Virus record (IMG/VR): IMGVR_UViG_3300033148_005268
Coordinates: 1 to 53,314 of that record
Source of the DNA: a virus
Lineage: Duplodnaviria > Caudoviricetes
DNA: 53,314 nt
Reading direction: 5' to 3' (one strand)
The stretch's first letter is position 1; every line of letters begins with the position of its first letter. The translations under genes were made by a program, and so were the position numbers. Under the pieces are notes generated by a model. The model was given only the letters and a program-made list of their open reading frames with translations, did no database searches and had not been told where the DNA came from. Below are positions 35,949 through 46,700 of the stretch, in pieces.

Positions 35949-35991
35949 GGTGTTTACTGATCGGGGGATAGACGGACCCGTCGAACGATAA

Positions 35992-37029
35992 GTGAACCCG
36001 GCTTATCTTCCCCCGATTTACCCCCGGGTCGTCCGAGACGGGAAAGGACAAAGAATAAGCATGTACCATACAGGATCAAAGAACCTGAGACGACTACTCC
36101 AAGGGAGTGGTAAGTTCAAGCAATGGTGCTCGCTGGATATTATCGAGTACCTTGAGCCTCTCCTGAGCAGTGCAGGATATTACATAAATGAGCGTGGCAA
36201 GATTACGCGCAAGGGTGGCCTTGCGTGGAATACGCCCTGGGTGCACGTGGTTGCTGCGCCGAACAAGAGATGCAACCTTGACCATAACATTATCTTCAAC
36301 AACTTTGAGTTCATACCAAAGCGGTGTCATGAGTGCTGGAAGGTAGTGGTGTCACCACGAACGCTTTCTGAGCTTATGCAGCTTGAGACGGTTGAGCGCG
36401 AGCTTGGACTTCCGTCCAAGTGCGGGATTGAGATCCGGTCGTACACTCCGAGGTTGTATGGCGGGTATTTTTACTGCGATAGTCTGGAGCACGGGAGAAG
36501 TACGTATAAGACTGTGCGTGAGGCTGTGTCTGATGCGATCTCACCGGACATCAGCGTTATCCTGAAGCGCGGGTGCACGGAGTACGAGCTTATTGTTGGC
36601 CCGTCGCCGTACTGGGTGATCACGCCCGAGCACGAGGAGCTTGAGAGACGTATTGAGCAGCGTGTGGAGCTCCCGGTTCAGCTTGGGGTAAATCAGCCGG
36701 ATTATGTGATTGATCACGTGAAAAAGCGTTGGGTGGAGTGGGCCTACGCTGCCGGCGATGAGACCTATAAGGAGTTTACGGGCGGGGAGGCCATCTATCC
36801 AGACACTGTAAAGTACCATGAGGGCAAGCTGGAGGAGATTAAGGCCGACCTTGCCAGGGCGCGTACTGCGAAGCTGTACCAGGCTGACATGGAAGCGATC
36901 AATGGGCTTTTAACTGATATTGGTTCTCTTATGGAGAAGCATCATGTGAATCCTGCCGTTATTGGCACGGCACTTGGGCACCACGAGTTCAACCCGCTCT
37001 TTATTGGGGAGCATGACGATACAACATAG
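35992..37029 (+). CDS. Uncharacterised Cys-containing protein
   Basis: RCHECWKVVVSPRTL, SKCGIE.R, YGGYFY, LKRGCTEYE. Confidence 0.7.
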   Translation: MNPAYLPPIYPRVVRDGKGQRISMYHTGSKNLRRLLQGSGKFKQWCSLDIIEYLEPLLSSAGYYINERGKITRKGGLAWNTPWVHVVAAPNKRCNLDHNIIFNNFEFIPKRCHECWKVVVSPRTLSELMQLETVERELGLPSKCGIEIRSYTPRLYGGYFYCDSLEHGRSTYKTVREAVSDAISPDISVILKRGCTEYELIVGPSPYWVITPEHEELERRIEQRVELPVQLGVNQPDYVIDHVKKRWVEWAYAAGDETYKEFTGGEAIYPDTVKYHEGKLEEIKADLARARTAKLYQADMEAINGLLTDIGSLMEKHHVNPAVIGTALGHHEFNPLFIGEHDDTT

Positions 37030-37041
37030 GAGGGGATTGTA

Positions 37042-37527
37042 ATGGCGTCAAAGACATGGACGGATTTTTCGGACGGTACGTACAAGAATCCGAATCCTGT
37101 GAAGATCACAAGGGGCGGGCTTGAGCTGCATCGCCATAAGGTGGATTTCGGCTATAAGACGCTTGACGCCGGCAACGGTGACGTATTTGAGGTCTTGGTG
37201 ATTCCAGCGAATAGCTGGGTGCTGAACGCCTGGATTCGCGTAATATCCAAGTGCCCGACCAACTCTACGGTTCATCTGGGCTATGGAAGCGACGCGAACT
37301 GCTGGGGCCATGCGCTTCCGCTTGATACGGTTGGTGCGGTTGTGCAGAAGGTCCCGGAGGAAGACGCCGGGCAGACCATGATCTATCAGGACCGCGCCCC
37401 GATTGCGAACGTGCCGAGGTACTTTGCGGCTTCCGACACGATTGATATTAAAGGCACGACCAATAAGGGAGACGTGAATGTTTCGGCAGGCGTGATCGAG
37501 GTATGCGCGTTGATATTCAGAGAATAA
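37042..37527 (+). CDS. Putative decoration/structural protein
   Basis: GDVFEVLVIPANSWVLNA jelly-roll-like pattern. Confidence 0.6.
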   Translation: MASKTWTDFSDGTYKNPNPVKITRGGLELHRHKVDFGYKTLDAGNGDVFEVLVIPANSWVLNAWIRVISKCPTNSTVHLGYGSDANCWGHALPLDTVGAVVQKVPEEDAGQTMIYQDRAPIANVPRYFAASDTIDIKGTTNKGDVNVSAGVIEVCALIFRE

Positions 37528-37544
37528 AAAAGGAGGGTACAGAA

Positions 37545-37703
37545 ATGGCTCTACCGGAAAGACTTGCAATGGTGAAAAAGGAAGTAATGGCAACGATCCA
37601 AAAGCTGGAGGAGCAGGTTCAGGAGCTTGAGGCGTTCTCGAAGCTGTTGAACTCCACGATCGGCGCCATGCGGACCGGCAAGGTCCAAAAAGATAAAAAG
37701 TAA
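37545..37703 (+). CDS. Small coiled-coil protein
   Basis: AAGGAGG RBS; MALPERL... Confidence 0.5.
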   Translation: MALPERLAMVKKEVMATIQKLEEQVQELEAFSKLLNSTIGAMRTGKVQKDKK

Positions 37704-38320
37704 TGGCAACCGCAGCGAGTGTGATAGCCTCGGCGCGGTATGACTTGCGGGACACGGACAGCAACCAGTACACGGACGCCGAACTGCTGGACTACCTGAA
37801 CCGTGGGCTTCGGCAGCTTGACGCTGTGCTGTCTACGATGTCAAGCGACAGGGTGTACGTTGAGGACACGTCAACGACGCTAGCGTCCGGGGATAACCAT
37901 GTAGCAGCGCGTGACCGCTGTCTGAAGGTGCGCCAGGTCTGGATCGGCACATCCCAGCTTACGCCAAAGAGCCTGAATTACATCTACTATAAGCGGAACA
38001 TTATCGGCTCTACGACGGGCCGACCGTCCTATTACGCCCAGGGCGGCGAAAACATCCTGTTTGAGCGTACTGCGGACCAGGACTATTCCTTGAAGATTTA
38101 TTTCGATCAAAGAACAGACACGCTGGCATCGGGCACAACGATGCCGTACAGCGACGAATTCAATGATCCGCTTCGGGAAAGCATTATCATTCTGGCTAAG
38201 CGCCGTAACGAGTACGATGTAAACCTTGATGCCGTGCTATACGACTTTTTCTTGGACGCTACACGATCTATCGTGGCTAAGCGTCGTTACAACCAAAAGC
38301 CGTATTATTTGGACTTCTAA
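37703..38320 (+). CDS. Head-tail adaptor
   Basis: VIASARYDLRD...YTDAELLDYLNRG; GRPSYY. Confidence 0.75.
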   Translation: MATAASVIASARYDLRDTDSNQYTDAELLDYLNRGLRQLDAVLSTMSSDRVYVEDTSTTLASGDNHVAARDRCLKVRQVWIGTSQLTPKSLNYIYYKRNIIGSTTGRPSYYAQGGENILFERTADQDYSLKIYFDQRTDTLASGTTMPYSDEFNDPLRESIIILAKRRNEYDVNLDAVLYDFFLDATRSIVAKRRYNQKPYYLDF

Positions 38321-38321
38321 G

Positions 38322-40667
38322 ATGGCTCTTGCAGCGCAGATAACGAGGCGATCAACCAGGGCAAGAAGCAGGCCGACTGCGGTGGTTTCTGTTGGGCCGT
38401 TTCCGCTTGGGCTGAATACTGTCCAGGCGGCAAATGAGCTTGCGGACGGCGAGGCCTCTGCGCTTCTAAACATGAAGCTCAACCCGATGGGCGGCCTTGA
38501 GACGCGGGCTGGCCTATCGCGTTATACTGCAGCGGCGCTTACGAACCCTCCGGTCTATATTGCCAACTTCCCGCTTCTAGGGGAGGCGACCGGAGCTTTT
38601 GGGTTATTCACAGACACCTCGGATGTAGAGTGGGAGCCAACCTCAAGCGTTGAATGGGTTGTTGAGTACCCGTCAAGCACAGAGTCGGACGAGCTGATTG
38701 TAACAAAAAGCGATAACAAGCTCTATTACCTGGACGGCACACGAACCCCAGTGCTTGCCGGAACGTTATTGGGCGAGGCAACTATTTTACCCTTCGGAAA
38801 CTACGCCCTTCTTCTTGACGGAAGCTATGTCAAGTACTGGGACCGTGCAAACGGCGTGATTAAGCTGTGCTATGACGACGGAACCGGCTCAAGAGGCTAT
38901 CAGCACTCGGGGCTGGGCTTAACGGCAGATACAGGCATCGCGCTATATAACGGCGGAAACACAAAGGCTGGCGTGCGGTTTGTTACGCAGTCCTGGGACA
39001 ACGGCTACACCATACCCGTTACCACTGTTGAGATTTACATGAAAAGCTCCGGCAGCCCGACCGGGGATATTGGCTGCGAGATATACACAGATGCCGGCGC
39101 GCTTGTTGCGACAAGCGATACAACGGTTGACTCGTCCACGCTTGGCGCAACTGCAGAAAAGCTGTCGTTTTCTTTTTCCTCTGGTGACCTTGATCCGTCA
39201 ACGGCCTACTGGGCAGTCGCAACGTATTCCAGTGGGGATAGCTCAAACTATGTGCAGGTGGAGTGCGAGAACGTAGGCTCTAACGGCGATGGAAAGTATT
39301 ATGATGGCTCCTGGAACGATGACACGACCAAGGCTGTGCTGGCAGGGGTTAAGCCCGGCAGGCCGCCAAAGGCGAAATTCGGTATCGTATCAGAAGGGCG
39401 CGTGTATCTTGCAGGAGACGGCAATAATCCCGGCTGGGTATGGTACTCCAACGTCGGCGATTGCTTTGACTGGTCAACGTCGAACGGCGGCGGGTACGTC
39501 GGTGCCGTTGATGAGAATGCTAATAATTTCCCCGTCGGCGCAATAACCGCGCAGTATGGAGAGGTCTACGTTTTTGGTCAGCAGGACCAGCCCTATTTAT
39601 GCAAGCTGACAGGTGATGAGCCCCAGGATTTTAGCCTGCCGCCGGTTTATCAAAAGATTTCTTCAACGCACAAGACATGTCTTAATATCATAAACGATAT
39701 ATGGTTTGGCAGCTCTGACGGTGTCAATAACATTACGGGCGTCTTGCAATATGGTGATTTAAGGACATTTCACGAGTCGGACCCGGTAAAGAACCTTATC
39801 ACCTCGTATTGGGACAATAGCGAGGCTTTTGCCGGATATTTTGGAGATACCGGCCAATACTTCCTGAAATTGCCGAATTACTTGCGGGTCTTGGTTGCTC
39901 ATACCAAAAGCCCGATTAGGGAAAAGACGGGACGCGTAAGATACCCATGGGTCGAATACCTGTTTGTCGGCTTGGGCCTGACATCCGATACCTATAGGTG
40001 GACTGCGTCGGGCAGCGGGACAAACGAGTATTATTGCGAGCTTGCAGGCGGGGGCGATCCGTCTTTATCAGAGCCTGCCGGCCTTATCCTTGGCGAGTCT
40101 GTTTTAACTTCTGGCACTCTCGGGAGCCTGTCGGATCACGCCTGGGCTTATGGCGATAACGACAGCCTCGGCTATTCTACGGTTTACATCCGGGACGATA
40201 GCGGAGATCCCGATACGTCCGGCGTAACGATTAGAACAGTGCTTGAACCGACGTGCTTTGCGGCATTTAGCGGAAGATTCTATATTGGTTTTGATGACGG
40301 CTACGTCTATTATCTGGACGACGATGTTGTGCAGGACAACGGCGTTGATCCGCCTTTCTGTATCGGCGGGAAACTACACAAGGCGCTCTTTACCGAGCTT
40401 TGCTTGAACAGATTTAAGCTGAGCCTGGAGGCAGAGGCGGCGGGTGCTGGGCTGACGCTGGATATATTTGACGAAAAGGTGGGCATTGATTCGCTTCATT
40501 CCAGCACGCCGAACGTAACTGCAGATATTGACATAGACACTGCAACCAGCGGAAACATTAACTGGAACGCCGAGCAATTTATGGCGTTCATAAGAAACGT
40601 CTCTCCGAATAACGCCCCTGTTCGGTTTGAAAAGATTGATATTGATGCGGCGGTACTGAGCAAATGA
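38322..40667 (+). CDS. Tail nozzle / stabilisation protein (beta-propeller)
   Basis: GLN..LADGEA..LLNM..GGLETRAG; RVYLAG...VWYS; follows the adaptor. Confidence 0.75.
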   Translation: MALAAQITRRSTRARSRPTAVVSVGPFPLGLNTVQAANELADGEASALLNMKLNPMGGLETRAGLSRYTAAALTNPPVYIANFPLLGEATGAFGLFTDTSDVEWEPTSSVEWVVEYPSSTESDELIVTKSDNKLYYLDGTRTPVLAGTLLGEATILPFGNYALLLDGSYVKYWDRANGVIKLCYDDGTGSRGYQHSGLGLTADTGIALYNGGNTKAGVRFVTQSWDNGYTIPVTTVEIYMKSSGSPTGDIGCEIYTDAGALVATSDTTVDSSTLGATAEKLSFSFSSGDLDPSTAYWAVATYSSGDSSNYVQVECENVGSNGDGKYYDGSWNDDTTKAVLAGVKPGRPPKAKFGIVSEGRVYLAGDGNNPGWVWYSNVGDCFDWSTSNGGGYVGAVDENANNFPVGAITAQYGEVYVFGQQDQPYLCKLTGDEPQDFSLPPVYQKISSTHKTCLNIINDIWFGSSDGVNNITGVLQYGDLRTFHESDPVKNLITSYWDNSEAFAGYFGDTGQYFLKLPNYLRVLVAHTKSPIREKTGRVRYPWVEYLFVGLGLTSDTYRWTASGSGTNEYYCELAGGGDPSLSEPAGLILGESVLTSGTLGSLSDHAWAYGDNDSLGYSTVYIRDDSGDPDTSGVTIRTVLEPTCFAAFSGRFYIGFDDGYVYYLDDDVVQDNGVDPPFCIGGKLHKALFTELCLNRFKLSLEAEAAGAGLTLDIFDEKVGIDSLHSSTPNVTADIDIDTATSGNINWNAEQFMAFIRNVSPNNAPVRFEKIDIDAAVLSK

Positions 40668-41050
40668 CGACACGATTTTATCAGAAGATACCAGCAGCGC
40701 ACAGGGCTGTCAGCAAGGTCGCGGCCAAGGACCTGAGGCCGGTCGAGTCCTCGTTGCTGTATCTTTATGACCAGCTTACGCACGAGCTTGGTGATACCGT
40801 TCCGCATTATAGCGATTACACGATCACGGCAGAAGATGATGTTATCCTTATGTCCGGCGATGTTACCACCTATCTTCCAACGGCGGTCGGCGCTACCGGC
40901 AGCGAAAAAAACATCAAGAACGTCGGCACTGGCACCGTAACCCTTGCGACATCTTTAAACGAAACCATTGATGGGGAGGCAACACAATCAATCGGTCCGG
41001 GTGAGTGTATAACTTGCGTATCGGATAATGCCAACTGGTGGGTGATATGA
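40664..41050 (+). CDS. Small tail protein
   Basis: TYLPTAVG..KNIKNVGTGTVTL...TIDG...SDNANWWVI. Confidence 0.6.
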   Translation: MTTRFYQKIPAAHRAVSKVAAKDLRPVESSLLYLYDQLTHELGDTVPHYSDYTITAEDDVILMSGDVTTYLPTAVGATGSEKNIKNVGTGTVTLATSLNETIDGEATQSIGPGECITCVSDNANWWVI

Positions 41051-41640
41051 GCGTTTGGAAGCTGTTAACTGCACGATGGGGGAGCGGCTCGGGCGAAATA
41101 GACGATGTTCGCATTGATGCTGTTTCAAGCTCCCTGCAAACGATTACAACAGCGCACCACGAGATTCACGATGGCGACCATTACTTTGTTTTCGGCGCTC
41201 AGGATCTTGCTGTAAACAATGTGCTAGATTTCACATGGCAGATGCCGGACAGCACAACATGGATCCATTGGCTCTGGGACATAGACAGTGAAGGCGAGAT
41301 GCTGTGGCGAGTCTATGAAGGGGCAACGATTATCAACCCGCTGGCGAACACGGCAACCCCGCTTAACAGCAACCGAAACTCAAACAATACGTCTGTAACA
41401 ACTATGCGATATGAAATCCAGACAGACCTTACCGCAGCAAATGCGGATACCTCTGTTGGCGGCGCAACTCTGATATCGTCTGGCACTACAGGCTCTGGCA
41501 AGAAGCTGGGCGGGGTAGCCAGCAGGGACTCCGAGCTTATCCTGAAACAAAACACAGTGTATTGCATGCGTGCAATTGCGAATGAGGCTGGATACATTAA
41601 CTATCAGATGCAATGGTATGAGCACGCGAATCACCATTAA
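41047..41640 (+). CDS. Virion structural protein
   Basis: HHEIHDG motif; ELILKQNTVY. Confidence 0.55.
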   Translation: MSVWKLLTARWGSGSGEIDDVRIDAVSSSLQTITTAHHEIHDGDHYFVFGAQDLAVNNVLDFTWQMPDSTTWIHWLWDIDSEGEMLWRVYEGATIINPLANTATPLNSNRNSNNTSVTTMRYEIQTDLTAANADTSVGGATLISSGTTGSGKKLGGVASRDSELILKQNTVYCMRAIANEAGYINYQMQWYEHANHH

Positions 41641-41663
41641 CGAGCAGCGGAGGTGACTATCAT

Positions 41664-42254
41664 ATGGCCTTAGCCGAAAACGTAACGAACATTCCGACTG
41701 ATGTGTATGCTTGGTCTGGCTTGCCGAAGCAGTATAGAACATCCGTGCTTGAGAGTGTCATTCCGAGCTTGACAACCACGGCAAAGGCGTTGCCTGAGAC
41801 CATATCAAGCGGCATCGGTGCGGCAAAAGGAACCCTTGGGCAGCTTGGCAGTTTCTGGCAAAACGCGCCGAACGTAATCAACCCGTACCTTGAAAGAAAG
41901 ATGCGAGGGTTCAAGGACGCCACAACCGGGGCCTTCCAGGGCGTGCTAAACAACCTTGCCAGACGTGGCGTGCTCGGCAGCCAAGTGGCCTCCGACACGC
42001 TTGCAAACCTTGGGGCGCAGCTAAACCAGCAGCAATATGGCGCACTCGCGGATCTTGCGTTACGCGGTCAGCTTGAATCGCAAAAAGGCCAAGCCGAAGC
42101 CCTGGGGAAGCAGGCCGAGCTTGATCTGGCAGGCACAGAGATGCTCTCAAGGGTGCCCGGCACGCTTGCCACTATTGCCGGGCTTGGCAAGGCTTCAGAG
42201 CAGCCGTGGCAGCCGTATCAGGCATTTTTGAACCTGCTTCAGACGATGATATAG
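41664..42254 (+). CDS. Putative DNA ejection / internal virion protein
   Basis: NNLARRGVLGS; Gln/Ala-rich helical. Confidence 0.55.
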   Translation: MALAENVTNIPTDVYAWSGLPKQYRTSVLESVIPSLTTTAKALPETISSGIGAAKGTLGQLGSFWQNAPNVINPYLERKMRGFKDATTGAFQGVLNNLARRGVLGSQVASDTLANLGAQLNQQQYGALADLALRGQLESQKGQAEALGKQAELDLAGTEMLSRVPGTLATIAGLGKASEQPWQPYQAFLNLLQTMI

Positions 42255-42270
42255 ATGGAGGTATGATCTA

Positions 42271-42846
42271 ATGGGACTCTTTAGTAGTGTCGGAAAGTTT
42301 TTAGGGCTTGGCGGCTCCGAGTCTAGCGGTACACAGACTTCCACGGTACGTGCAGCGCCGAGAACTTCTGAGGCAAAGCGGCTCTGGGAAAAGTTCATGG
42401 CTGACATTGAAAAGTTGCCTGCAACGTATGCCGAGCAGGAGGCCGCCCTCAGGCCGAAGGTTGAAGAATATACCGGCCTGTTAAGAAACCTTGTCGCTGG
42501 AGGCGGCGAGCCAGGTCGTGATTATTATAGGCAGTACGGCATCAGTCTCGGAGGCAGTTCGCCGATCATGTTTACGCCGCGGTCAAACATTGCAGCTGCG
42601 GAGTCCCTTGCAAAGCTGGGCGGGCTGAAGCTGGGCACCGAAGGGCAGTACGCTCCCGGATGGTCCCGGCAGGCATTCTTGGACTATATAACGCCGATTT
42701 TGATGCAGACCGAGGCCATGCGCTATAAGATTCCAAGCACAACGACAACTGCAACTGCACGGGATTGGAGTGGAGCTCAATTGTTAAGCGACCTTGGAAA
42801 TCTTGGAACGCTCGGGATGTCTGCTTTGAATTTTTTTAAGGGGTAA
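42271..42846 (+). CDS. Putative DNA ejection protein
   Basis: MGLFSSVGKFLGLGG N-terminus, Gly-rich C-terminus. Confidence 0.55.
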   Translation: MGLFSSVGKFLGLGGSESSGTQTSTVRAAPRTSEAKRLWEKFMADIEKLPATYAEQEAALRPKVEEYTGLLRNLVAGGGEPGRDYYRQYGISLGGSSPIMFTPRSNIAAAESLAKLGGLKLGTEGQYAPGWSRQAFLDYITPILMQTEAMRYKIPSTTTTATARDWSGAQLLSDLGNLGTLGMSALNFFKG

Positions 42847-42886
42847 ACAACGCCAACAACACCCTAGCAAGCACAGAGGTGGTCTT

Positions 42887-43789
42887 ATGCCAAACCTATT
42901 ATCTCAACTTATGAATCAAGTATCATCGGGCCGGGGTGATCAATCGGGTGTTACAAACTTTCTTCTTGCGACACAGTTGCGAAAAGAAGAACAAAAAAAG
43001 CGGCGGATACAGCAGTTCGGCAATGACCTTCTGGGCCATGTTGAATCAGGTGCTCCTATGGACGCGAAAACTGTTTATGGGCTCATTAGGCAGCACGATA
43101 TATCACCCGAGGACGCAACAGCGGCTCTGAAGTTTCTGAAGGACTCGCAGGCGTGGGATATTGCACTGCGCGAGCGGAACAAGAAGATTTCTGATATTGT
43201 TGGCGCAGAAGGCGGCTTTCAGCCGGGCGCAACCGTTGGCGAGGCGACCACGCTGGGCCAAGGGATCGGTACTGGCACGCTTGAAAAGCTGGTTGCAAGG
43301 CCTGAGGCAAAGAAGCCGAAAATTACGAAAGGAGCCCCATATATTGATGAGCGCGGCGTTCGTGTTGTTCCGTTCTACGATGAGCAGGGGGATCTCGTTA
43401 GAAAAGTAGAGCTTGGGAAAATCAAACAAGAAGAGAAGGCGCCTCCAGTATCAGACAAAAACGCGCCGTTCACAATTGCAAAGGAGCTGAGAAGCCTTAC
43501 GCACGATAGGGACGGTGTCCCACGCGAATCGGTCCCCACGAATGATATTGTGGCTCTTGACGAGAAAGCGAAGAATTATGGCATGGAGATTGTTCGAGTT
43601 AGGGTGCCGCAGATAAAAAACAAGGGATTGTTTGGCATAGACATGCTTTCCCCGGATAAGAACGCAAGCGTCATTTACGTTCTCGTTAAGAAGGGCACAT
43701 CAAACGATGATCTTCGCAGGATCGTAAAAGAACAGCTCGTGTCAGCGTATGAGTATACACCAGAGGAAGTAAACAAGATTATCCAGTAA
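42887..43789 (+). CDS. Putative DNA ejection protein
   Basis: Position between small and giant ejection genes. Confidence 0.5.
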   Translation: MPNLLSQLMNQVSSGRGDQSGVTNFLLATQLRKEEQKKRRIQQFGNDLLGHVESGAPMDAKTVYGLIRQHDISPEDATAALKFLKDSQAWDIALRERNKKISDIVGAEGGFQPGATVGEATTLGQGIGTGTLEKLVARPEAKKPKITKGAPYIDERGVRVVPFYDEQGDLVRKVELGKIKQEEKAPPVSDKNAPFTIAKELRSLTHDRDGVPRESVPTNDIVALDEKAKNYGMEIVRVRVPQIKNKGLFGIDMLSPDKNASVIYVLVKKGTSNDDLRRIVKEQLVSAYEYTPEEVNKIIQ

Positions 43790-43799
43790 CGGAAATATT

Positions 43800-46700
43800 A
43801 TGAGAGAACTTATACTTAATGTCCCACAAGAAGAAAGCAGCACACAAACTGCTGTGCGCTTGCGCACGCTTGATCTTGTTGGGACAGCGCCGCAGCCTAC
43901 GCCTGAACCTGTTGTGGATAAGCCACCACCCGGGATATATCAGGAAGAGCCTAAATATAGCCTAGCGGAAAAGGCCTTAAAAGCCATAGGCATTCCTATT
44001 GCACGCGAGGAGGGCATATCCGAAGCGGCCAAAGCAAAAGCTCTTGTGGAATATATGGCAGGACAAGAGGGGGTCCCGATAAGCGAGTATCGAGAAGCCC
44101 CAGGTCCAATGGAGCAAGTAGCGGAAGGGTTTGTTAGTGGAGCATCTGGCGGTATCTATCCTGCCGTTCGACGCGCCGTTACTGGCGAAGAAGCCTTTTC
44201 ACCTACAACCACTGCTGAAAAAATTACACGCGGTGTTGGAGAATTGGGCGGCTTTGTTTTTGGCCCCGCCAAGTTTGCGGAGTCTATTATCGGCAGAGCT
44301 ATTCCCGGCCTTGCCAAGGTTGCCCCTAAGGTTGCTGATAAAAAGAAGATCAGGCTTCTCAAGGCAATGGCAAGAGAGGCAGCGGTGTTGGCTCCTGCAA
44401 CCGGAATATCACAAACAGGCGAGGCAATCTCAAAGCAAACATGGGGCGAAGCAACTACCGAGCTTGCTAAGGGCACGCTAAGCGGTGCGGTTACGGGTGC
44501 TATATTTGGAGCTTCGAGAGGTTTATTCCCAAAAACTGTAGAGGATAGAGCAAAGCGCATCATTGCTGGCCTGATTGGACTAAACGCGCGACGAGCCGTT
44601 ATGGGCCAGGGATTCCCGACGGATATGCCTCTTGAGGATGTTGTGTTTGATACCGCAATGGACGTGTTTTTCCTGTGGGGTGGGCTCGGGTCAGAAGGAC
44701 TGAAGAAAGCCGAAAATGCAATCAAGAAAGGCAAGCTCCCATCATTTTCAGAAAAACAGCAACAGCGAATTGCCGAGGCGTGGAATCAACACCTAAAAGA
44801 ATATGGCAAGAGCAGGGCGAAAGAAATCTTAAGGAAAAGGGCTGAGAAGAAAGCGTTTGAGCGAACACCAGAGTGGCGGCAACAACAGATCGAGAAAGAA
44901 TTTGCTGGCGAGGAACGTAAGCCCCCGACAAAAGAAGAGATAGCGGCAGCAAGACAGCGATACGGGTTACGCGGGGCAGAAACAGAAAGGCCTTATCCGT
45001 ATGAACGATTACGTGAGGCGGTTGTCCCGGTTGAAAGGGCTGGGATTGTGCCTGTTAAGGATATGGGCTATGGGGAGAAAATCCCTGAGGCCGAAATTGC
45101 CCCAGCGGGGCTTCTTGAAGCGCCAAAGGATATTGGTGAAGGCTTTGTGCTCCGCCCAAAAACAATCCTAAAAAAAGACGTCTATCAAGAAAAGGCCCCG
45201 TTCAGGGCTATTACCGAGACAAAAGAGCCAATCATCGAATACAAAGACATCCGCCCGAAGTCTGGCAAGCCGTACAAGACGAAGGGCGCGGCAATGATGG
45301 CCCTGCGGACCAGGAAGGACATCCCCGAAGGCTACAGTCCTGTCAAGGTCTTTGGCGGCTGGGTGCTGCGAAAGCCGAGCGTTATTCCTGAGCGGTTGCA
45401 GGTAGAGCCGAAAGCCCCAGAAGAAAGGGCTGTTCAGGAAGAAGCGCTAGAAGTTGTCGAGGCTGCACCCGAAAAGCCGGAGGCCGTTGTTCCCGCGAAA
45501 GAAGCGCCTTCGCCCGAAAAGCCCGAACCGACGTCCGAGATCAAAACAGCCGCTTCAAGGATGAGAGAAGCGGGCGGAGAAGACTTTCCGCTTAATGTGC
45601 CGCCGGAATCGAAAGAGCTTGATGAATACGAAAAGGCTTACAAAAACGAAGCCAAGGAAGTTATTGAAGAATACAAGAATCGCGTCGGCTCAGATCGAGT
45701 AATTGTTCTCACGGACAAGGAAGGCAAGCGCGGGGCGATAATCGCACCAAGCACGAAAGAGGGTAATTTTCAGGCAACTTATTGGGATAAACGCGGGTTC
45801 AGTAATGATACTCAGCACGATACCAAAGAAGAAGCTGTGAAGGAGGTGTTCAATAGTTTTCAATATCCGAACCCGGAAGCGTTCAAGCGTATCTCAAAAG
45901 AGCCTGAGTTTGTTGATGGAATCTTGGCTGCCGAGAAAGCGCAGAAAGAACATATGAAGAGAATGGCCGAAACGGCGAAGAAACCATCTAAAGAGCCGAC
46001 GCTAAAAACAGCAGCCGAGAAGAATTATCGGGAAGTGCTTGATCTAATAAAAAAGGGGAACAATAGGTTTGCAGATGATCTTGTTAGTTATGGGAGATTA
46101 GCCGACAAGCCAGACAAAGAAATGGCTGCTGATTTATTGCGTGCTGGTATTCCCGTTGAAGATGTGGACGGGAGCCTTGGGAAACCTATTTCTCGCCGTA
46201 TTATCGAAGAGCATAAGGGTGAGAAGTGGGCGGATGATGCGCTGGAAAAGCTTGAAGGCACTGAGGGAAAGCCAACCCCCGCCGAAAAACAACAACAAGC
46301 TGGACCAAGCCCAAAAGAAAAAGCCAAGCCCACGCAACCACCACCGGCTGAACAGCAAGAAGAAGCACGTCCAGGGCTTCAAGAACCCAAGCCGACCGAG
46401 ACCCCAAAAGAAAAGAAAGCGGGCAGAGAAAAGCCGAAGCAACCCGCTCCAAAGCAAACATGGGACGTTAAGGGCTCCAAAAAGGCCTTCCAGATGGTAA
46501 TTGCGCGAGCTGTTGAGAAAGCCCCAAAGCCCACCGGCGAGGACGTGGAGGCTGAGTTTTCAAAGCCATACTCTTATAGCGGTACCAGGGCCATTGATGT
46601 TCGCGGAGGCGACAGGAGGCTGAAGCTCGAGCGAGATCGATATAACAAAACATGGGCCGTCTATGACGAAGGCGGAAAGCGACTGATTGGCGGGCTGGCT

